Below, in pieces: positions 26,500 through 41,561 of a stretch of DNA of 64,000 nt. Both the position numbers and the translations under genes were made by a program. The notes below the pieces were generated by a model, which saw nothing but the letters and a program-made list of their open reading frames with translations, made no database searches and was not told where the DNA came from. Source of the stretch: Octopus vulgaris (Eukaryota); contig OX597820.1 of the NCBI GenBank assembly GCA_951406725.2, forward strand, positions 123,132,001-123,196,000, written 5' to 3'. How positions within the stretch are numbered: position 1 is the first letter of the stretch; every line of letters begins with the position of its first letter.

Positions 26500-27420
26500 A
26501 CTCATGACGTCATCAATATCTGGACAATAACCTTGCAAAACAGATCAGTTGCTCTGCAGCGTTTCGAAAAGGCTCGTGTGACAGCATTTTGCTACCAGGT
26601 GGCGTCTTCTCAAATCTGTAGCATCCTTTGTAGTATTGCCAAGCCCAAAACTCATCTATAGTAGACCTGTAAACTTCCTGGAAGACCTGTAAACCTGGAA
26701 GACTAGCCATCTCATTTTCGCCCGTACCCACGCACCTGTTGCTCCACGCACATTTACTCTTCTGCTGCAAACGTCTATAGATTGCCAATGTAAGACTTCG
26801 TGATTGGTAAATGGCAAACAATATTCTGACAGCCAGACGCACAGTCGCAGTCGTTGCTTACCCAAGACTGCAGTACTATCAAGGAACCGAAGTGCAATGA
26901 TTCCTAGACGCCTCATTGCCTTTTCTGCAGATCATTTCTCTGAACTTGCCTAGACTGCATGCAGAATGCATGCAGAATGCACTTGCTGTCTATCTAACGG
27001 AACGTATCAGTTCCACAAAAACCTGACATACAAACTTTCTACTTTGGTTTGATAGTAGCTGGGTCACAGCGGGACTTTTCAAGTTAGATTATGAATATAA
27101 TGCAATCATCCTCACATTTCAGCGAGTTTTCTGTCGGCCCACATCTAGGCAAGACTAGATAACAACCTGTTCGTTACCTCCAGCGATTTCTGATCCAACT
27201 GGAAGTTAGGATCGAACTAGAACCCGAACAGCCTCTATTTCGGCCCACCTCTACACTCTTCTGCCCTCTGTCATTAACTTGTCTCTCAAAGTTCTCTGTC
27301 AAGTGAGAACTTTCTCTCACAGAAACTTTTCTGGAACGTTGGTTAAGCAATGTTGCTCATCTACAATATCTCTTTTAATACACTCCACATTAATAACAGT
27401 CTAGCTATAGCTTTTCTTTG
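26500..27420 (-). pseudogene. highly degenerate RTE-like reverse transcriptase remnant
   Basis: Minus fragments PNFQLDQKSLEV, FTNHEVL, KMRWL and QYYKGCYR resemble the RTE RT C-terminus; many stops. Confidence 0.45.
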
Positions 27421-27975
27421 AGCAAATAGTTATGAAAACCACATGATCTTGTTCTATATATCAAATGAACCTTAAAGAGACGCTCAGCATCTTTGTATAT
27501 ATGACTTTTCCCCCATCACTTTCTGCCGATACGTCTCACTCTCTTTTTCCTAAACATCTAATTTCCTTTATATCCATTTTCTAGTGATTTTTTCCAAATT
27601 CATCATTTCGAGTTCCTTCCAGTATACATCTCTAACAACATATAGAAATTTCGTATTTTTTCTTCTACTTATGGCTGTCTGCTTCTATCATCATTGTATC
27701 GTGTTAAGTTTTTGTTTTAAGTTTGCTTCTTTTTTTTTTTAGCTACAAAGTATAAACCATATTTCATTTTGTGCATTTTGTTTTTTTATTTTACTTTTCC
27801 ATTCTTCCAAGTAATCATCTTTTTTGTCATTTACGTTTAACAACATTTTGTTCCCAACTCCTATTTTCTCTCTACTCTTTTCATTTCACTATTTAATGCG
27901 ATATGTTTTATGCTACACAACAACTAAGTATCAAACAATGAAAATAATAATAATAACAACAACAACAACAACAAC

Positions 27976-28040
<65 letters not shown>

Positions 28041-29119
28041 TAATAATAATAATAATAATAATGATAATAATAATAATAATAAAATCATCGTATTAATCTA
28101 GAAAATACAATTAAAATTTGATGTCACTTTATTTTCTGTCATCCGTTACCATTAGATTTGTTGCTTCTTTACAAACTTTAACATTCATTTTTTTTTTCTA
28201 TTTACTTGCATATATTCACTTGTTTTGCAACCTATCTTGAAGTGCATTTCTATTTAACTTCAACTCCCTTAAATATGAAAGATTCTAATAAAGTCGTAGT
28301 GTCACAGTTTTTCTGATATCAGATCGTTCTTTTCAACACAGAAATATTTTACAGAAAGGAAAGCCTTATAAATACTAAGCAGAACGATAAGAAGCATTGA
28401 AGTTATAATTTATCCGGCTGGTACTATAACTTTTTTTTAAATGCTTTGAATTTAAAACACACACCAGCGCGTGCGCACACCCAATATTGGAAATAAAGAT
28501 ACTCATGCATGATGTTTTTGCGTCAAAAAGTAGATTAATACCCGTACCTTTTTAACAGGACATGGTGCTAACGATTTCTTCTGGTACAGCAGAATGGCAG
28601 TACCAGATGTTTGACGAACTGCATTATAAGATTAGAACATTTACTAGGGATGTTTCCTGCAAGGAAAAGAAACAGTTATGTGCTGAGTAGCATGATTGGA
28701 CCAAAAACAATCCCCGTTGTATTCGTTTGAATTGAATTGCCATTGAATAATATCAAACTGGATAGTATCTGCTCTCAAGTGACTCTAAGTTATGGAGACA
28801 GAGTTTAGGCAATGCAGACATTTTGCTGAAGCTATTTCTCTTCACTTATATTAGTAATATTCTTTAAAAACGTCCGACAACTAATTGCTCTACGTTCAGT
28901 TGTAATTATGTTTCATCTAAATGATATATTCCGATAGTGATAATACATCGTAATACGCAATGTGATTCAAAGGGTTCAGAACGTATAGATATTGAAGTAT
29001 TGCCGTTGGAATTTACCATCGATCCTACCATCATAATGCTTGATGACTCTGTACCATGTGTAAGCTTAGTCTTGGGTTAACAGCTGAGCTTTCTGCCAGA
29101 CACATAGTTGCTTTAGTAT

Positions 29120-29400
29120 GTATTCCTTCTCGAGCCATGCCTGGCTCATAAGGTCGGGTTCCTGGTTTCTTGGCGTATAGGTTCCCCACGTGGACAGGAC
29201 GCCAGTTCATCGCAGGTGAGCTGCAAGATGAAGGAGGAAAGAGTGAGAGAAAGTTGTGGCGAAAAAGTCAGCAGAAGTTCCCCATTACCTTCTGCCGGAG
29301 CCGCGTGGAGCTTAGGTGTTTCGCTCATAAACACACGCATCACCCGGTCTGAGATTCGAACCCGCGAGTCCGCTGCTCTAACCACTAGGTCATGTGCCTC
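29120..29400 (-). mobile_element. SINE family B2, 19-bp TSD
   Basis: TSD CACATAGTTGCTTTAGTAT at 29101-29119 and 29401-29419. Head as in B1; different tail (GAGCCAGGCATGGCTCGAGAAGGAA). Confidence 0.9.
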
Positions 29401-29942
29401 CACATAGTTGCTTTAGTATTGCACTATTGATTAATATCTCGTAAACTTGTATTATTAAATGTGCATGTGGCTTCAGTTTATGTAGGTAGTTTGCCTACTG
29501 TCAATTTTTCATATTATTGGTATATATCTAGATCTGTGTCAAGATTCTTTTATACAGAATAATTTAATTGCATCAGTAGTTAAGGATAAAATGCTTTTTT
29601 AACATTTCACCTACATGCGACTCACAATTGTCTGGCTGACGCACGTTGCGGTTACATCACTTATCATAAATTCCTTACATCTATTCTTTCATGGTATTTC
29701 CTATACATATCACCTTAAACCTAATAGTGATAAACGATCGCATTTGCGTCACATTTGATATATTTTCATTAATCTAAAGTTTTTTTGTACAATTTGACTG
29801 AAATAAACTGGTGTTCTTTTTAAAATGTATAAGGTCAATGATCTATTCTTATCTAAGTGAACTATTTTTGTGCGAATTTAAGATGATATCGCAGCAATTT
29901 TATCCATGTATCCTAACGTATATTCCATTCACACATAGATAC

Positions 29943-29978
<36 letters not shown>

Positions 29979-30146
29979 TAATCAATTTAGGGTAGTAAAA
30001 AATTCGATAGAAATTTATCACTACCAGCGGCCCAGTGGAAAAGAAAAATGGTCATGAGACTAAAATGTAAATATATAACAATTTAGGAATGGCCTTAACA
30101 GGCCATTCGTCCACTAGACAGAGCAGCCATAACTCTAACCGCAAAG

Positions 30147-30201
<55 letters not shown>

Positions 30202-30334
30202 CACAATAAGGGTGAAAAAAATTGAATATTAATTAATAACATCAATTTAAAACACCAAGTGGCCTAGTGTATAAAGACTGGGATACAGTAAAAATTATTA
30301 ATACAAGTAATGAGAGAGAGTCCACATGTGGAGT

Positions 30335-30402
<68 letters not shown>

Positions 30403-30650
30403 TTACATGCAAATAAAGGTATAAAGTTTACAAAGTTCATTAAGGGATGGCAAAATCCTATGAAAGTATTGGTTAGTTACCTATACAAAGAGTGTTAAAC
30501 ATTACAGTTAGTAATGCACGGTAACTATATAAACCGTGGTTTATATAAATACGACGCTAATGTGTAGCTTCACCGCGTATGTATTAGTAAAAATGCGTGT
30601 GTGCAACAAAATAGAGAAATATATATATACATACATACATACATATATGC

Positions 30651-30685
<35 letters not shown>

Positions 30686-30693
30686 TATATATG

Positions 30694-30786
<93 letters not shown>

Positions 30787-31189
30787 CTATGTATGTATGT
30801 TTGTATACGCTGTAGGTAAGTTTGAATGTTTGTGATATATTTTAACCTCTAAAGGCAATCTCACTCTAGTTTACAGTGTAGCAAAAAATTTCTCGCTTAT
30901 TGTAAACACACGATCGTCATCTCAGAGGTGAATAAATCAATCAATAGCAGCGACGAATTTACTCTCGCAAAACACCCCTGTCTAAACAAATGCGTAAGTA
31001 TTTAACGCCAACCATTGAAGAGAGAAATTGTATATGATCTAAACACTCATTGCTTTTTGTCTATGTATAAAGCTTTACATCTCGGCATGAGCGAGATCTT
31101 TATATATTTATACGCATGTATAAAAATACACACGCTCAAACACATATACGTTCCCAAAAACCTATCGGTGTGGGGTTGCATGTGTGTAT

Positions 31190-31649
31190 ATTCTTTTATT
31201 TGTTTCATGCGACGATACTGAAACACTGCCTTAAAGTGTTTTAGTCGAAGAAATCGACCCCAGTACTTACTCTTTATAAGTTTAGTATTTATTGTTTGGA
31301 TCTCTTTTGCCGAACCGCTAAGTTGCAGGAACGTAAACACATCAATATCGGTTGTCAAGCGATGATGGGGGACAAAGACAGACCCAAACACACACACACT
31401 TAAATATATACATATACGTATTTATACATATATATTCATACATATATATTTATATATAAAGAAATGTGTGCGTGTGTATGTGTACGACGGATTTCTTTCA
31501 ATTTTCGTCTACCAAATCCATACACAAGGTTTTGATTGGTTCGAGGCAATAGTGGAGGACACTTGCCCAAGGTTCCACGCATTGAGACTTGGACCCTGAG
31601 CCATGAGGTTGGAAAGGAAGCTTCTTGCCACACAGCCACGCCTGCGCCT
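31190..31649 (-). mobile_element. diverged family-A SINE
   Basis: CCGAACCGCTAAGT..ACACTTGCCCAAGG..CACAGCCACGCCTGCGCCT. Confidence 0.8.
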
Positions 31650-32026
31650 GGCTTCCTACCACACAGCCATATATAAACATGTACACATACGTGTATAGAT
31701 ATGAAAGTATAGCTCACAGATGAAATCCAGATATTCTCCGTACAGAAGACACTTATAGTGCTCAAGCAATTGAAACATAGACACCGATGCCTTTACACAA
31801 AATGCCATAAGAGGGATCAGGCTGTGCGAGTATAGAATTCAAACTAAGAGGGATCAGGCTGTGTGAGTATAGAAGCAAATGTTGGGATACGTAAATCAGA
31901 AACATCAAATATATAAAATACATTTGATGTATTTAATACACTTTATATATTGATGTTTCTGATTTGCTTATCCCCACATCTGCTTCTAGATATGAATATA
32001 TATATACGTGTGTATACATGTATGCC

Positions 32027-32073
<47 letters not shown>

Positions 32074-32670
32074 CACGTGTCTATGTGTACTCTTCCATTA
32101 TGATGAAGCGCAATATGCATTTCTACGTAATTAACATAGATTAAAGTAGCCGGAGGGAGAATCTATTAAGTGATGTTAAGTGAAAGTAGAAAGAATTCCG
32201 GTTAACAGCTGAATACTTAATTCTCTGTGGAAATTGAATGTTGCAAAACATCTAAGCAATCAATAATTTCAACATCTATATTGCTAGACAGAATTGGAAG
32301 TGCATTGTGACCATCGGTGTATAACAGTATCTGATGATCTTGTCTATACTATGACACTGTGATATTTTTAGCTCGAAATTTCATTCTTTAGATTATGTCT
32401 TAACTACTGTTAGACATTATATGGACTGTTTGTATCATGGAATATAATTCTGACACTGTTTTTCTTGAGAAGTGCCAGAGAATTAATTCTTTATTTATAT
32501 TTCTGTAGGTCTTATAATCAGCGTTGTGTGACGATATCTGTGTTTGTATACACCTACCTACATATAAATGTATGTGTGTCTGTGTCTGTGTGTATATGTA
32601 TGAACACGTATGTATGTATGTATGCTTGTAGGTATGTACATAAATGTTTGTATGTATATATATGTATGTG

Positions 32671-32721
<51 letters not shown>

Positions 32722-32937
32722 ATATATGTATATGTATATATATATGTACACATAGGCACACACACATACACACACATACACACACATATATATAACGAGC
32801 AACAGGGCAAGTGTGAAAGAGACACAGGGAGAAACTGAAACAAGAAGTAGATCGATAGTTCGATATGTAGGTACTGCACAGATATGCAGTAATCAGTCTG
32901 ACACCTATTTAAAATGTTGACAGACAGACAGACAGGC

Positions 32938-33000
<63 letters not shown>

Positions 33001-34657
33001 CATGAATTATTAGAGAAAGTAGGGAAAGAGCAGGATGCAGAGAGAGAGAGGGGGGAAAGACACAGAAAGAGAGAAAGAGACAAAAGGCGACAAAGAATAA
33101 CACATCCACTTAACGAGTGACATTCTTGTATGTTTCAAAGCTTCTGTCCAAAGAAGCGTTTAAACAGTCACTTAAAGATGAGCGACGGGTAAGTCGCCCA
33201 CCTTTCGCTATCAACATTCATTTTATCATCTACAACAATTTCTTGCGGCTTGTAACATGGAAGCAGTATCTATATCGTAATTCTATAATCATCTTAATTA
33301 TTTCATTAATAAGTAAATTAATTAATTAATTGATTTCTTAATTCATCTATAATAATTGGATTTGACGATAATTGAATCGATGCAATTTACCAGAATTTCA
33401 TAAGGAAATAAATTGGCCATTGCGATAAAAGTGGCCGTCATGATTGATCATTTTTAAAAAAATTTCATTAGAAAAAGAAATCAGTGACCTACGGGTCTCC
33501 ACCCTGCCAATACTTTCCCTATGATCTGTGCTTCGCTATGATTTCATAGTGATATGTGAATATGATATAATCTTCCTTCTGTAGATATCTGTTTGTTGCC
33601 GGTAACATTAAGCAGAGCAAAAAAACAATCACTTTAGGCAATAAAATTGACGTGAACGGCATTTAACTAGGCGTAGTTGTTAATCAGATTTTTAACCTAA
33701 CTCGAATGTTTTCATATTTTGTAGGAATTCATTGCCAACTTATGTGCAGAGAACCTTAGCTAATTAGTTAGATATTGTAACAGACGACAAGTTAATGTTT
33801 ACATGGTCCACATTTCTTCACTAATCTGCATTGTGTCGGTAACTAAAGCACTTAAATCTCATATGTTCAAGTTTACTCTATGTGAATACTTTATATGTAA
33901 TCACTTAACAATCCCATGCATCTGTAGTGTCAGAGCTTATGCGTAAAGCAAGCGAGAAATCTAAAGGGCGATTGCTTATTGCATGTAGGTGTTATTAAGT
34001 GAGAAATGAAACTTAGTAGGATAAGATATGGGTTTGACGTAAGATCTTAGATTTATTATTTGGGGTGTAACATTCTTGAAAATCAAAATCAAAGTGAAAA
34101 GCAAAACCTTTGATGGAACGGAGCAAGAAAATAAGATTAATCCCAGACAGAAAATAGGACCATAACAATTGAATGCTTCTATACACGCTTCTGAAAGTGA
34201 AAATAAACCAGATGGCATGAAATGGTAAATTTTTCGAATGAAAAACTGTATGTTACTAATGTAAATTGATTAATTAAAAACGTAATTGTCTTCTAAATAT
34301 TTAATCAAGCCATTCATAATCAGACAGGAAACAAAATATCGCTGGTATATTTTCCTTTTCTCGAAAGATAGCATATCGCCTTACGTTCAATAAAGCAAGT
34401 ATCACTTACAATCGTAAATTACAAACTAACATTGTCGATCGCGTAGATATCTTCTTGTTTATTCTTTATACCCAAAGAAATTTACTGGGATAGGTTTAAT
34501 GTCATTTGGTCCGTTGATTAGCCAAGAACCTGTGAACTGATTACACACGACAATGTACCATTCACTTTCTGAACAAAGAATAATTATGTTTTCCAACTAG
34601 AACACTGAACATGACTGATATTCCAGAAAATTCTGGAAGTGCAACAGTTGAAATTAA

Positions 34658-34805
34658 ACGTGGCTGAGTGGTAAGAAGCTTGCATCCCAACCACGTGGTT
34701 CTGGGTTCAGTCCTACTGTACAGCAGTTTGGGCAAGTGTCTTCTGCTATAGCCTCGGGTTAACAAAAGCCTGGCAAGTGGATTTGGTGGGTGGAAACTGA
34801 AAACC
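34658..34805 (+). mobile_element. family-A SINE head fragment
   Basis: GTGGCTGAGTGGTAAGAAGCTTGC..GGGTTCAGTCC..GGGCAAGTGTCTTCT. Confidence 0.7.
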
Positions 34806-36057
34806 TACTGTATGTATGTATGAATATATATATATATATTTATTTATTTATATATATATGTATGTATGTATACATATACATATATACATGCACACACACA
34901 CATAGGCATATATGTATATATATGCATGTATGTATGTATGCATGTATGTATGTATGTATGTATGTATGTATGTATGTATGTATGTATGTATGTATGACAT
35001 CCCGTCATATACTTTCATCATCATCTACTGTCTATCAGACGCCGATTTTTTTTCAGTGGATCAAGTCGACCTCGGCGGTATTTGAACTCAGAACGTGAAA
35101 GCGGAAGAAATGCCGCTAGGCATTTTGTCTGACGCGGTAACTATTCTTCCAACTTGCAGCCTTAACCAAGCTATCGGTATTAAAACCAGAAATGTCCACA
35201 TCAACCACGACTAATTAAAATGAAAACAAAGTGATGGAGCTTTTAGACATCCCGTCATATACTTTCATCATCATCTACTGTCTATCAGACGCCGATTTTT
35301 TTTTCAGTGGATCAAGTCTGCATAAGTGGGGCTGCCTTGTGACCTAAAATGTACATCCAGAAAAGTTCTCACCATGCTATCTCAGGGGAAGTTTCATACT
35401 TCCCAAAGAAATATCATGCATGCCTATATTCTTAGAAAGCTTGGAAGTAACAACAACATTGAGAACTAGGAAAGTCTGCCCTGGACTAACATCCAGGATA
35501 CTAGTTCTCTCTCCCTTTAAAGGGTATATTTTTGCAATACAGGTGCAGGAAATTGTTAGAAAATAACTGATGCAAATAAACGGTCTAGTTGCGAGAAATT
35601 ATGCAAACTGTAAGCAATAAGTGATACAGGATCTCTCAAAGTTGAGGAAGTCTCCCACACCATAAACTGCTACCAGAAAATGTCCTCGTGGTGTTACCTA
35701 CATTTGAGCCCCTGTGGGTAGTAAAGAAATAGGTATTTCGTCTGTCGTTACGTTCTGAGTTCAAATTCCGCCTAAGTCGACTTTGCCTTTCATCCTTTCA
35801 GGGTCGATTAAATAAGTACCAGTTTTTAATCCCTTTGTCCGTCCTTCTTTGTCCCCTCTATGTTTAGGCCCCCTGCAGGTAATAAAGAAATATATATCTA
35901 CGTATGCCATGCAATCAGTTCATTGATGTACACGCATCAGTAAAGACTAGCTCGACCTTTACAGATCCGGGCTATAATCATCACTAAATGTGACTAGGCT
36001 GTTAGAAACACATACATCGCCAGAAATAAGTCCGGAATCTTCCGAAGTCGAACCAGT

Positions 36058-36107
36058 CCTTACTGATGAGGCCGCGGAAATTGCCGAAACTGACTGTTAG
36101 TATAGGG
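36058..36107 (+). ncRNA. minimal type-I hammerhead ribozyme, canonical core
   Basis: CCTTA-CTGATGA-GGC..GCC-GAAA-CTGAC T GTTAG-TA-TAGGG. Helix III is 6 bp with a 1-nt loop; GUA site at 36100-36102. Confidence 0.85.
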
Positions 36108-36327
36108 AATTCTCGATCGGTGTTTGCGGACAATTCCAGTTCCTGTCAGTATATATGTATAGAATTATGTGCTTTGAATACAGCATTAGAGTATTTTAGC
36201 TTTTATTTCTCGCATTGCATGTGTTTCTAACATCCTATTCACATTTAGTCACGATTATAGTTTTCCTTTTTGGTGAATCATTGCAAACTGCTGTCTACAT
36301 TATTTTTATTATTATTATTATTATTAC

Positions 36328-36394
<67 letters not shown>

Positions 36395-36805
36395 TAGTTT
36401 TATTTTTTATAGCGTGCTTTCACTTCACTACCGAGCGCAGCTCTGTGTGCCTTGGGTATGTGCTGTGATTTGTTGTAATGCTCTGATGGTTATTGTATGG
36501 AAAGTGTTCTGCGTAGGATGTGTGCAGTGCCTAGTAGTGCAATTTTCTGTATGTTATATGTGTTTGTAAGTCCTGCTGTTTTTGTTATGTATTTGTCTGA
36601 ATATTTTTTTATCATGCCTAATGCACCTACTATGATAGGAATTGTTTCTGTTTTTAGATTCCACATTCTGGTCACCTCCATTTCCAGGTCTTTGTATTTT
36701 GAAAGTTTCTCCATTTCTTTTAGAGAGACGTTGTCATCTGCCGGTATTGATACATCAATCAGAAAGCATTTTTTTTCTTCATGATCTCTGACAACTATAT
36801 CTATA
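36395..36805 (-). pseudogene. 5'-truncated R4/Dong-like element: restriction-like endonuclease C-terminus plus 3' UTR
   Basis: DIVVRDHEEKKCFLIDVSIPADDNVSLKEMEKLSKYKDL..IPIIVGALG..QKIALLGTAHILRRTL; (TAA)n on both sides. Confidence 0.88.
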
Positions 36806-36880
<75 letters not shown>

Positions 36881-37304
36881 AAATATATATAAGAAAAGCA
36901 TATGCATGTATCCTTGTGTGTTAGCTCGTAATGTATTATTAATGTATGTATAACGTTTTTATAACATGTCCAATCTATATATCGATCAATTGTATATATT
37001 AATGTATCAACCAAACTATTATAGCCGTGCCTCATCTTACTTGTAAACTGGATATTGATTAATCTAGTTATCAGGTGATAACTAGATTGATCGATATTCA
37101 GTTTACAAGAAAAATAATCCGGAAAAATGGATCCTGTATCATATTTTATCTTTTCTGCGGAACAGTCACCTTTGCCAACTTTACCACCTGCCAGACATTC
37201 TCAGAATTAGTCAAACTGAAATCAATTCTATCATAAATCTCTGTTTGATAGAACTTTATCTTAAATCAAGCATGATCTGGAAGCATTAAGTGTTATAGGT
37301 GTAT

Positions 37305-37377
<73 letters not shown>

Positions 37378-37402
37378 TAATAATAATAATAATAATAATA
37401 AC

Positions 37403-37449
<47 letters not shown>

Positions 37450-37484
37450 TAATAATAATAATAATAATAATAATAGTAATAATG

Positions 37485-37575
<91 letters not shown>

Positions 37576-37598
37576 TAATAATAATAATAGTAATAATG

Positions 37599-37667
<69 letters not shown>
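37305..37667. repeat. long (AAT)n microsatellite
   Basis: Direct reading; occasional GAT, AGT and AAC variants. Confidence 0.95.
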
Positions 37668-38089
<422 letters not shown>

Positions 38090-38229
38090 GAAGAAGAAGA
38101 AGAAGAAGAAGAAAGAAGAAGAAGAAGAAGAAGAAGAAGAAGAAGAAGAAGAAGAAGGAAGAAGAAGAAGAAGAAGAAGAAGAAGAAGAAGAAGAAGAAG
38201 AAGAAGAAGAAGAAGAAGAAGAAGAAGAA

Positions 38230-38786
38230 ATGCCCTGGTGCAGTACCAGGCAGTGGTTCCCAAGGCTTCTGGTCTTAACTGATTGGAAGTGTTATCATGT
38301 ACATTGTTTTGTCTTGGTATAAAAGATGGGCTACAGCAAATATTCTGCTCAATACCACAGATTTGCTTGTCAGTTGTTTGACCTTAACCAGTTGAGCATG
38401 TCCCTTAGTGGCTGACGATATGTGCATCTCTGATCACGAGCAGAAAGTAGTTGGGGAGCATCAAAGCCATGTGTTGAGAAGGATTCTTTGGGGTTTGAAT
38501 AATTCACCTCTGGAAACATGGGTGGTTCTTTCAATATCCTTAAACAACCCTTATTCAGGGACCGTTTGAGCGGGATGGGCTACTCAACCTGAAGAAAATT
38601 CTAACTGGGCCCCACCTGCAAGGTCATGTGCTGTTTATCTTGATATGAGATCACCATGTCGCGCACATATGGTTGTGATGCATGTGCCTGGTGTACCCTT
38701 ATCAGACGGGTAGTCATGATGGGTATATTGGGCTTCGTATATTTTACCCCAGTGTCACTTTGATGGCATGAACTGCTCTCTCACTC

Positions 38787-38788
<2 letters not shown>
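38230..38788. mobile_element. unclassified ~560-bp insert between (GAA)n and (TAA)n
   Basis: Complex, GC-richer sequence with sharp microsatellite borders; no ORF or tRNA box recognised. Confidence 0.4.
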
Positions 38789-38867
<79 letters not shown>

Positions 38868-38870
<3 letters not shown>

Positions 38871-39780
38871 CATCTCCTGTATATGGATGACCTAAATCAT
38901 TTCGCTAAAAGCACTATGGAACAGAGAGATTGTCTATAGTTTGACCAAGGACATAGGAATGAGCATGGCGCTAGACAGTCACACTGAGAAGAGGCAAATT
39001 AATCAGCACTGAAAATAGTACACTCGAAATAGACCCAGAAATTAAAGACTTAGACCACAACCGCCAATACAAATATTTAGGAATAGACGAAGTGAAAGAG
39101 AAAATTAGGAGTGAATATTACAGAAGAGTTAGACTAATATTAAACACTGACCTTAATGCTAGAAATAAGATAAGTTATCATATCAGTTCTAAATTACAGT
39201 TTTAACAAAATAAAGTGGAAGATCAGTGAATTGAGAAACCTAGATAGAAAACCAGAAAACTACGGACAGCGTACCGAAGTCACCACTCGAAAGCAGACGC
39301 AGACAGAATATATTTACTCGGCTCAGGAGACCGAGGTCTGATACAGATAGAGAACTACTATAACATAACAACAGTTGGACCATGAGAGTACTTAGAAGTG
39401 GAAGACGACTGTCTGTAGTAAAGCAACACGACAAAATGAAAACGTTTTTCTCGATACACAAACCGGGGTGAGAACAAGGGTATTGATGGAAATATTTCTC
39501 AGCATCACACAAACAACTAACTGCGCAAATAGATAAACTGAAAAACAATGAAGCGGAAATCACAAAGTGGTTGACCACAGGCAAAATGGTTATTTGCCAA
39601 AAGGACTCCAGTAAATTTAATGCAGTGGATAATTACGGGCCTGTCTCCTGCCTGCCCCTGATGTGGAAGTTGATGACTGGAAAAATATCTAATTGTGTAT
39701 AATTTCCTGGAAGGGAATAACAAACTGCCGGTGGAACAGAAAGGATGCAGAAGGAAAAGCCGAGGGAGTGGGGACAAAAG
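38868..39780 (+). pseudogene. R4/Dong-like RT fragments
   Basis: NHLLYMDDLNHFAK, YKYLGI and YYRRVRLILNTDLNARNK; then an out-of-order N-terminal piece NYGPVSCLPLMWKL..LPVEQKGCRRKSRG. Confidence 0.8.
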
Positions 39781-40334
39781 CTTTATATGTTCGCCTGATG
39801 AATTTCATAGTATAATAAATTATATAATGTATTGCGCAATCTAATTAATCGTATCATGTTTACATCAAATTAAAAATTCGTAATTTAACAATTGTAGTAA
39901 CATTGACAGCTCAGTAGTCTGTTCCTATTATTTTACGATTCAGGGATCCGAACGTACGAAATTCGAAAGCTTCAAGCATTTACGCGGCTAAAACAGATGA
40001 TAAAAAGTGGACAGTAAATGATAAGATGTATTTAATTAGCATCGTTAGTTACACACTTCTCCCCGCATTGAAGTTAAAAGGAATTTCAGAGCGAAATAAA
40101 ACGTGTAACATAAGATATAACAAACAAAAAATAAACCCAGCTTAGCTAATCTTTTAAGTCCATCTTAACTCTACGTTGTTTACTTTGCCCCTGGGAGATG
40201 AGCAAGTGGTCACAGTCTGTGCTTTACTTGTGCTCGTCCTTACTTTGAGGATACATAATCTTTTTTCTTTTATTTGTTTGTCATTTGACTGCGGCCATGC
40301 TGGAGCACCGCCTTTAGTCGAATAAATCGACCTT

Positions 40335-41090
40335 ATGGTTGCGTGCCCAGTGAGAGCTAGCAGTGACGCTCATGAGGCAGTGTGTCGAGTGATAGTGCTA
40401 TGTTTTGTCTGCAAGTTGTGAACTTTGTGTTATTGTGATCACGTGTGTATGTTGTAGTCTGCAATTTTGTCATTTTTTTGTTTGTTCCTTCTCGAGCCAT
40501 GCCTGGCTCATAAGGGCCGGTTTCCCGGTTTCTTGGCGTATATGTTCCCCACCTGGACGGGACGCCAGTCTGTAGCAGGTGAGCTGCAACATGCAGGAGG
40601 AAAGAGTGAGAGAAAGTTGTGGCGAAAGAGTCTGCAGAAGTTTCGCCATTACCTTCTGCCGGAACTGCGTGGAGCTTAGGTGTTTCGCTCATAAACACAC
40701 ATACATCGCCCGGTCTGAGATTCGAACCCGCGATCCCTCGACCGCGAGTCCGCTGCTCTAACCACTAGGCCATGTGCTTCCACTGCAATTTTGTCATAGA
40801 CAGGAACAAAGAGCCAGCGTGGAATTTTGCATTAAACTTCGGAAATCTGTTACAGAGACAATGAAAATGTCTTGGCAAGCTTACAGCGACAAGGCATTGG
40901 GCCGTACGCAATGTCTCCAGTAGCACAAATGTCTCTGAAAGACGATGAACGATCTGGAAGAGATGCCACGAACGTCATCCCGGGCCACGTGGAGAAAATT
41001 CATCAGTTTGTTGATGAGGATCATCGGAGGATAATCAAAGCCATTGCTACTGTTGTTAGTGTGTCGTATGGGTCCGTGCAGGAAATCTAG
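40335..41090 (+). pseudogene. mariner transposase N-terminal remnant split by a SINE
   Basis: VEFCIKLRKSVTET, QAYSDKALGRTQC, SLKDDERSGR, DEDHRRIIKAIA..VSYGSVQEI. Confidence 0.75.
40474..40782 (-). mobile_element. SINE family B2, 15-bp TSD
   Basis: TSD CTGCAATTTTGTCAT at 40459-40473 and 40783-40797; homologous to 29120-29400. Confidence 0.9.
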
Positions 41091-41479
41091 CGTCTGCAAA
41101 GAACTGGATTCTCCACGACGACAATGTATCCTGTCACCGAGCTCGGTGACAGGATACATTGTCGCCGTGGACAAATCATACGTTTTTGTTGCTGCATCCA
41201 TAGAACATTACAAATATGATTTGCAATATCCATGGATTTTAAAGGGAGTCTGCTAGAAGGTGAGTGCGCTACGGCAATGCAGAAGGTGATGCCCGGTGAC
41301 ACCTGCCACGTGGCTCGCTGTCGGCTCGCGCTGCGCTAGTGTAAGACTAGGTGGATGATGTGGCTTGCATACGAAAAATCTTTAAAAATCCTGAAATAAA
41401 AATTTTATGCGAATCCCAATGCATTTTCAACTTCTTATATTTACACACATACACACACACGTACACACACACACGTACA

Positions 41480-41561
<82 letters not shown>

